A model generated the notes under the pieces. That model searched no databases. It saw nothing but the letters and a program-made list of their open reading frames with translations, and was not told where the DNA came from. A program made the position numbers and the translations under genes. DNA of 10,386 nt. Origin: a virus. Taxonomy: Duplodnaviria; Heunggongvirae; Uroviricota; Caudoviricetes. Positions 5,941 through 10,386 of the stretch are shown here, in pieces. Positions within the stretch are counted from its first letter, which is position 1. Each line of letters begins with the position of its first letter. The stretch covers positions 1 to 10,386 of the IMG/VR virus record IMGVR_UViG_3300028965_000008. One strand, written 5' to 3'.

Positions 5941-5983
5941 ACCAAAAGTGTTGTTTTGGCTTACCAAAACGATCGTTTTGGTA
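5941..5983. promoter_or_regulatory. Tandem inverted repeats including a perfect 22-bp palindrome TACCAAAACGATCGTTTTGGTA
   Basis: Arms ACCAAAA / TTTTGG(C/T) occur at 5941-5947, 5954-5960, 5963-5969 and 5976-5982; the palindrome at 5962-5983 is perfect and centred on GATC. It lies upstream of the Doc cassette. Confidence 0.4.
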
Positions 5984-6094
5984 GCTAAAAATTTTTATCC
6001 GCATTAGACTAATCTAACCTTAGTACTACACTATTAATTACGCGCCAGGTTGGTGCGTTGGCCTTGCCAAAAGAACTTCAAGGGAAACGACAAG

Positions 6095-6274
6095 ATGAGC
6101 TACGCACTCAAGAAACACACACGGCTAAATATTCCGCCTCGCGACAAACGGGTTGTGGCAGCCCCTCGCCCGGCGATTGATGAAAACTGCACTCATCGTG
6201 AGCAGGTGAAAAATGCTTTCGATTTCGGTTTTTCTCGTTACGAGAAGGCAATGGAAGAACTTTCAAAAGTGTAA
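6095..6274 (+). CDS. Small protein, 59 aa; putative partner (antitoxin candidate) of the downstream Doc-family toxin
   Basis: ATG at 6095 (MSYALKKHTRL...) with SD-like AGGGAAA 9 nt upstream; ends 18 nt before the Doc ORF. No resemblance to Phd/YefM or YhfG noted by eye. Confidence 0.5.
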   Translation: MSYALKKHTRLNIPPRDKRVVAAPRPAIDENCTHREQVKNAFDFGFSRYEKAMEELSKV

Positions 6275-6292
6275 TGATGGGTATTGTGCTCT

Positions 6293-6772
6293 ATGGCTGA
6301 GATTGTTGAAGGAGTGCATTACCTTACGGTTGATGATCTTGTTGAAATCAATCGTTCCCTAATTGAATTACAGACGCCAGATGAGCCCGTTGGTGTTCTG
6401 AGTCCAGATAGCTTAAGTTCTTCTCAGGCCCGTCCCAGCATGGTTCGATGGTATGAACAGACTAATGACATGTTTGTACTGGTATCGGTATTGATTGAAA
6501 GTCTGATTCAGAATCATCCGTTTGCTAATGCGAACAAACGAACAGCTATGATGGCTGGTTACGTCTTCTTGTTGTTGAATGGCTATGAGTTAACAGCACC
6601 AGGCGATGAAATCGTGGAAATGGCAGAGGGACTGGCCTGCAAAACCTATACTCGAGAAGATCTCGAGAACTGGTTGTGTTATTGGTCTCGTGCGTATGAC
6701 AGCCGGGAATTATGTAAAACAGGCGCAACTATTGTTTTGTATGAAACTATCAAGCTTAAAATAGAACAGTAA
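6293..6772 (+). CDS. Doc (death-on-curing) / Fic-fold family toxin
   Basis: HPFANANKRTAMMAGYVFLLLNGYEL matches the Doc signature HxFx(D/N)(A/G)NKR and resembles P1 Doc (HIFNDANKRTAL...FLRRNG). Start is ATG 6293 or the in-frame TTG at 6284. Confidence 0.8.
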   Translation: MAEIVEGVHYLTVDDLVEINRSLIELQTPDEPVGVLSPDSLSSSQARPSMVRWYEQTNDMFVLVSVLIESLIQNHPFANANKRTAMMAGYVFLLLNGYELTAPGDEIVEMAEGLACKTYTREDLENWLCYWSRAYDSRELCKTGATIVLYETIKLKIEQ

Positions 6773-6792
6773 AACTAAAGGTGCTTCTAATG

Positions 6793-6816
6793 AAAACCCG
6801 CTTCGGCGGGTTTTTT
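6793..6816 (+). terminator. Rho-independent terminator
   Basis: GC stem CCCGC (6797-6801) / GCGGG (6806-6810), flanked by A and T runs, with a UUCG tetraloop and a T6 tract at 6811-6816; lies 21 nt after the Doc stop. Confidence 0.75.
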
Positions 6817-7007
6817 GTTGTTTATCTTCGGTGAGCTTGATGCATCTGGTTGTACTGATGTGGCTGTCTGATTTTGTTATTCAGGTGGCTTATTGCTGTT
6901 GATTGGTATGTCTTCACGGCTAGAATCGAGGCTCTTAAGTAGCGCGCAGGGAGAAGAGGGATGGACCCCGAACAGGGGAGTGCTATTTATCTGGAAGGAT
7001 TCTGTTG

Positions 7008-7268
7008 ATGAAAATCGAAGAATTGCGTGAAATTTTTAGTGAAGATGGCCTCTATACTGTGCGCGTTGAGAATGGCGCTATTGTCAGCCACTGCCGTATT
7101 AAATGTTTACAGTCTCAACAAAGGAAGAGTGGGGCTGCGTTAATTTACTTTGTGGATGGACTTGTGACGGATGGTTTTATTTTGCGTGAAAATGAATTTG
7201 TCACATCATTGCAGTCTCTGAAAGAAGCTGAGCTTAAGGCTGGTTTTTCTGCTTTTGAAGATGTGTGA
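7008..7268 (+). CDS. Hypothetical protein, 86 aa
   Basis: ATG at 7008 with SD GGAAGGA 8 nt upstream (the ORF track begins at the in-frame TTG at 7005). Confidence 0.5.
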   Translation: MKIEELREIFSEDGLYTVRVENGAIVSHCRIKCLQSQQRKSGAALIYFVDGLVTDGFILRENEFVTSLQSLKEAELKAGFSAFEDV

Positions 7269-7335
7269 ATTCAACTACAATTTAGCGCAGGGCTGAACCC
7301 CCTGTTGAGTAACACTGTGCCACCGGAGAAAACCG

Positions 7336-7614
7336 ATGGCGCAAAATTCCAGACTACACAATTCTGATAATTCAGCCGTCTTTGCCAGCAGGCACGGGCG
7401 GCGTTCTCATGCATTCAAATATGACTGGTACCAGCATGACCCATGCACTGAAGAACAGGCCGAATGGCTGATTCAGAACTACCGCAGACGTGGGTATGAG
7501 TTTAGGAAAGCCCTCAGCCTCGATTATCGTCACTGGATAATCTACGTCAGGCTCCCTTACTCCGAACGCCCACCGCGTCCGTCCCGCACATTCCAGCAAC
7601 GCATCTGGAGGTAA
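7336..7614 (+). CDS. Hypothetical small prophage protein, 92 aa (sits in the Qin rem-like position upstream of the DUF968 gene)
   Basis: SD GGAG 7 nt before the ATG at 7336; the stop lies immediately before the DUF968 GTG start. Confidence 0.5.
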   Translation: MAQNSRLHNSDNSAVFASRHGRRSHAFKYDWYQHDPCTEEQAEWLIQNYRRRGYEFRKALSLDYRHWIIYVRLPYSERPPRPSRTFQQRIWR

Positions 7615-7615
7615 C

Positions 7616-8665
7616 GTGCGGGTATTGCTTCGACCTGTTCCGGTACCGGAACTCGGGCTGGTGGTCTTTAAGCCTGGTCGTGAATCCATGCAGGTATTTC
7701 ATAACCCTCGAGTGCTGGTGGAGCCGGAACCGAAAAGCATGCGCGGTCTGCCGTCCGGAGTTGTTCCTGCCGTTCGCCAGCCGCTGGCAGAAGATAAATC
7801 ATTGCTGCCATTTTTCAGCGACGAACGGGTGATTCGTGCTGCCGGCGGCGCTGGTGCACTGTCTGACTGGCTCCTGCGTCATGTTAAATCCTGCCAGTGG
7901 TCTCATGGTGACTACCATCACAGTGAAACCGTCATACATCGTTACGGTACCGGCGCGATGGTGTTGTGCTGGCACTGCGACAACCAGCTGCGTGACCAGA
8001 CCTCAGAATCACTTGAGCAACTTGCTCAACAAAACCTGACAGCATGGATGATTGACGTCATCCGTCACGCAATAAGCGGTGCGCAGGAGCGTGAATTATC
8101 GCTGGCTGAATTATCCTGGTGGGCTGTCTGCAATCAGGTGGTGGACGCACTACCGGAGGTAGTATTACGTCGTTCTCTGGGGTTACGTGCGGAAAAAATT
8201 CGCTCGGTGTACCGCGAAAGCGACATCATACCGGGAGAGCAGACCGCCACCAGCATACTGAAGCAGCGCACAAAAAATCTTGCGCCGTTGCCTCACGCCC
8301 ACCAGCAACCGAACCCACCACAGGAAAAGACGGTGGTCAGTATCGCCGTTGATCCGGAGTCTCCTGAATCTTTCATGAAGCGACCTAAACGTCGCCGTTG
8401 GGTGAATGAGAAATACACGCGTTGGGTAAAGACACAGCCGTGTGCGTGTTGTGGTAAGCCAGCAGACGATCCCCATCACCTGATTGGTCATGGTCAGGGC
8501 GGGATGGGAACAAAATCCCACGATATTTTCACGCTACCGTTGTGTCGGGAGCATCACAACGAGCTTCATGCGGATCCGCTGGCGTTCGAAGAAAAGCATG
8601 GTTCCCAGATTGATTTAATTTTTCGTTTTCTTGATCACGCCTTTGCAACCGGCGTGCTCGGGTAA
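7616..8665 (+). CDS. DUF968 domain protein (YdfU-like), 349 aa, with a Cys/His-rich C-terminal module
   Basis: GTG start at 7616 with GGAGG 5 nt upstream. C-terminus CACCGKPADDPHHLIGHG...CREHHNELH; length and position (before rusA/Q) match Qin YdfU as recalled. Confidence 0.7.
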   Translation: MRVLLRPVPVPELGLVVFKPGRESMQVFHNPRVLVEPEPKSMRGLPSGVVPAVRQPLAEDKSLLPFFSDERVIRAAGGAGALSDWLLRHVKSCQWSHGDYHHSETVIHRYGTGAMVLCWHCDNQLRDQTSESLEQLAQQNLTAWMIDVIRHAISGAQERELSLAELSWWAVCNQVVDALPEVVLRRSLGLRAEKIRSVYRESDIIPGEQTATSILKQRTKNLAPLPHAHQQPNPPQEKTVVSIAVDPESPESFMKRPKRRRWVNEKYTRWVKTQPCACCGKPADDPHHLIGHGQGGMGTKSHDIFTLPLCREHHNELHADPLAFEEKHGSQIDLIFRFLDHAFATGVLG

Positions 8666-8677
8666 AAGAGGTTACTG

Positions 8678-9052
8678 ATGCGTATAGAGTTTGTTTTGCC
8701 TTACCCGCCAACGGTGAACACCTACTGGCGACGTCGTGGCAGCACATATTTTGTATCAAAAACCGGTGAGCGTTATCGCCGGGATGTGGCACTTATTGTT
8801 CGCCAGCAGCAACTGAAATTAAACCTGTCCGGAAGGCTGGCGATAAAGATTATTGCAGAGCCACCGGATAAGCGCCGTCGTGACCTGGACAATATTCTGA
8901 AAGCACCACTGGATGCGCTGACGCATGCGGGACTGCTTATCGACGACGAGCAGTTTGATGAAATCAATATTGTGCGCGGTCAGGTCGTTCCCGGTGGGCG
9001 GTTGGGCGTGAAAATTTACGAAATAATGCATGACGGGCAGGTCAAAAAATGA
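8678..9052 (+). CDS. rusA: RusA Holliday-junction resolvase
   Basis: LPYPPTVNTYWRRRG...DKRRRDLDNILKAPLDALTHAGLLIDDEQ resembles E. coli RusA (LPWPPSNNRYYRH...[27 protein letters not shown]); SD AAGAGG. Confidence 0.85.
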   Translation: MRIEFVLPYPPTVNTYWRRRGSTYFVSKTGERYRRDVALIVRQQQLKLNLSGRLAIKIIAEPPDKRRRDLDNILKAPLDALTHAGLLIDDEQFDEINIVRGQVVPGGRLGVKIYEIMHDGQVKK

Positions 9053-9870
9053 AGCTGGAAGATTTACCGAAATACTATTCCCCGAAATCGCCTGGCCTGA
9101 CCGATGCGTCCGCCTCGACATCAAAAGATGCGCTGAGCATCACTGATGTGATGGCTGCGCAGGGTATGACACAAAACCGGGCTGAGATGGGGTTTTCTGC
9201 GTTCCTGGGGAAAATGGGCATTAGTATGAATGACAGGGCGCGGGCAACAGAATTACTGGCAGATTATGCATTAAGTCAGTGCGATCGCGTGGCGGCGTTA
9301 AGAAAGCTTCCGGCAGAAATAAAACCGGCAGTGATGCACATTATGGCCTCGTATGCCTTTGAGGATTATGCCCGCAGCGCAGCGAGTAAAAAGCGATGCC
9401 CTTGTTGCCGAGGGGAAAAATTTATTGAAAGCGAGGTTTTTACAAACAAGGTCCAGTATCCGGATGGTAAGCCGCCAGTATGGGCAAAGTGTACAAAAGG
9501 CGTGTATCCGTCTTACTGGGAAGAATGGAAAAAAATCCGGGAGGTGGTGAAAGTTTCCTGTCCTGAATGTAAAGGGAAGGGGGAGATTTCGACTGCCTGT
9601 AAAGATTGCCGTGGGCGTGGTGTTGCCATTCATCGTGAAGAATCAGAAAAACGGGGTATGCCTGTTATCAGGGACTGCCGGCGTTGTGGCGGTCGTGGCT
9701 ATGAAAGATTACCGTCAACGGAGGCATTTAATGCCATATGTGGGGTGACAAATCAGATAACACGCGCGTCATGGGAAAAAACGGTTAAGCAATTCTATGA
9801 CACGCTGGTGGTTCGGTTTGACATTGAAGAGGCATGGGCGGAGCGACAGTTAAAAAAGGTAACCAGATAA
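9049..9870 (+). CDS. Q-like late-gene antitermination protein, 273 aa, with CxxCxGxG zinc-finger repeats
   Basis: ATG overlaps the rusA stop (ATGA). Position immediately upstream of a late-promoter/terminator pair. Cys-rich repeats CPCCRGEK, CPECKGKG, CKDCRGRG, CRRCGGRG. Confidence 0.7.
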   Translation: MKLEDLPKYYSPKSPGLTDASASTSKDALSITDVMAAQGMTQNRAEMGFSAFLGKMGISMNDRARATELLADYALSQCDRVAALRKLPAEIKPAVMHIMASYAFEDYARSAASKKRCPCCRGEKFIESEVFTNKVQYPDGKPPVWAKCTKGVYPSYWEEWKKIREVVKVSCPECKGKGEISTACKDCRGRGVAIHREESEKRGMPVIRDCRRCGGRGYERLPSTEAFNAICGVTNQITRASWEKTVKQFYDTLVVRFDIEEAWAERQLKKVTR

Positions 9871-9875
9871 CAAGG

Positions 9876-9903
9876 TTGATTTTTCCGGAATCTGTGGTAA
9901 ATT
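9876..9903 (+). promoter_or_regulatory. PR'-like late promoter (probable Q-utilisation region)
   Basis: -35 TTGATT at 9876-9881, a 16-nt spacer, -10 TAAATT at 9898-9903 (the lambda PR' -10 is also TAAATT, from memory); 6 bp after the Q stop. Confidence 0.5.
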
Positions 9904-9951
9904 CGCCCTAACGATGGGCGTTTTGTGCCTGGCGTTAGAAGAATCTTTACA

Positions 9952-9975
9952 GCCCGCCATCGAGCGGGTTTTTTA
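9952..9975 (+). terminator. tR'-like intrinsic terminator
   Basis: Stem CCCGC (9953-9957) / GCGGG (9964-9968), loop CATCGA, then T6 at 9969-9974; about 50-70 nt downstream of the predicted late promoter. Confidence 0.7.
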
Positions 9976-10095
9976 TGCCTGGAAAATGGTGCAGAACATC
10001 AAACGCTCTGGTGGTTGCAAATACTGGTCTTTCGGCTTGCATTTTTGTAAAGCGATATATACTTATCTTACAATCAGTAATGTCAGGTAAGTTGA

Positions 10096-10386
10096 TATGA
10101 ATGAAGCCTGTTCTGTTGTTTTTGTTCATTCCCCGTTTGTTGTGCTCTTTGAAGGAAAAGAGCTCTCTCTGGAAAGTGGTAGTGCACTTCTTGTCAGGGG
10201 GGGAGCTGGATCGTTATTGCCCTTTTCGGAATGTTTTCGGCGAATAAGTCTCAGTGAATCAACAATTATCCGTTACCTGTTGTGTGGAGACGAAAAACAG
10301 GATGTAGTTTTAGTCCGGCAAATACCACGATATCTTTGCGTGAGTTTTCCCAAGGCAGAATTGATGGGCATCCTGATTGATTATCT
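10096..10386 (+). CDS. AraC-family transcriptional regulator, YdeO/AppY-like N-terminal part (partial; continues beyond the window)
   Basis: ATG at 10096 with SD AGGTAAG. MNEACSVVFVHSPFVVLF...STIIRYLLC resembles the N-termini of YdeO (MSLVCSVIFIHHAF...NTIKKYLQC) and AppY (MDYVCSVVFICQSF) as recalled. The ORF is open to the end of the window. Confidence 0.6.

Larger units (their letters stand above)
1..10386. mobile_element. Segment of a lambdoid (Qin/Rac-like) prophage: immunity region, replication genes, nin-like region, Q and late promoter
   Basis: Gene order DicA-like repressor / DicC-like Cro / YdaT-like / O-like / P-like / RusA / Q, then a late promoter and terminator; genes are tightly packed with start-stop overlaps (ATGA, GTGA), typical of phage operons. 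Confidence 0.85.

Noticed and set aside
5654-6007. Minus-strand ORF 5654..6004 and plus-strand ORF 5807..6007 spanning the intergenic palindromes
   Set aside because: They run through the terminator hairpin and palindromic repeats, have poor start contexts and low-complexity translations; more likely non-coding regulatory DNA.
6831-6902. Short hydrophobic peptide ORF (VSLMHLVVLMWLSDFVIQVAYCC), considered as a Hok-like toxin
   Set aside because: No resemblance to the Hok/Gef consensus, GTG start without a convincing SD, and no antisense-RNA or mok-like architecture.
9947-10129. Minus-strand 60-aa ORF across the tR'-like terminator and AraC-gene promoter
   Set aside because: It spans a terminator hairpin and a promoter region and has no RBS; most likely non-coding.
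1-10386. CRISPR arrays, tRNA or rRNA genes, integrase or attachment sites
   Set aside because: No regularly spaced direct repeats with unique spacers, no tRNA-like cloverleaf candidates noticed, and no integrase-like ORF; the window is internal to the prophage.

Overview
This window reads as the early-right arm of a lambdoid (Qin/Rac-like) enterobacterial prophage, running from the immunity region to the late promoter. All calls rest on motif recognition and recalled family sequences; no database search was run. At the left is a divergent immunity switch: a YdfA-like small gene and a DicA-like repressor on the minus strand, facing a DicC (Cro-like) gene on the plus strand across an operator-bearing intergenic region. 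A single plus-strand early operon follows: YdaT-like protein, a replication initiator with an N-terminal HTH and a DnaT-like C-terminus (with iteron-like repeats inside the gene), a lambda P-like helicase loader, several small hypothetical genes, an Ead/Ea22-like protein, an AT-rich insert carrying a small membrane protein plus an HNH endonuclease, a DUF551 protein, a two-gene cassette ending in a Doc-family toxin, a DUF968 protein, RusA resolvase and a Q-like antiterminator. After Q there is a PR'-like late promoter and tR'-like terminator, then the 5' part of an AraC-family (YdeO/AppY-like) regulator gene in the moron position. The most interesting candidates are the Doc-toxin cassette with a partner that does not look Phd/YefM-like, the AT-rich membrane-protein/HNH insert, and the AraC-like moron downstream of Q.
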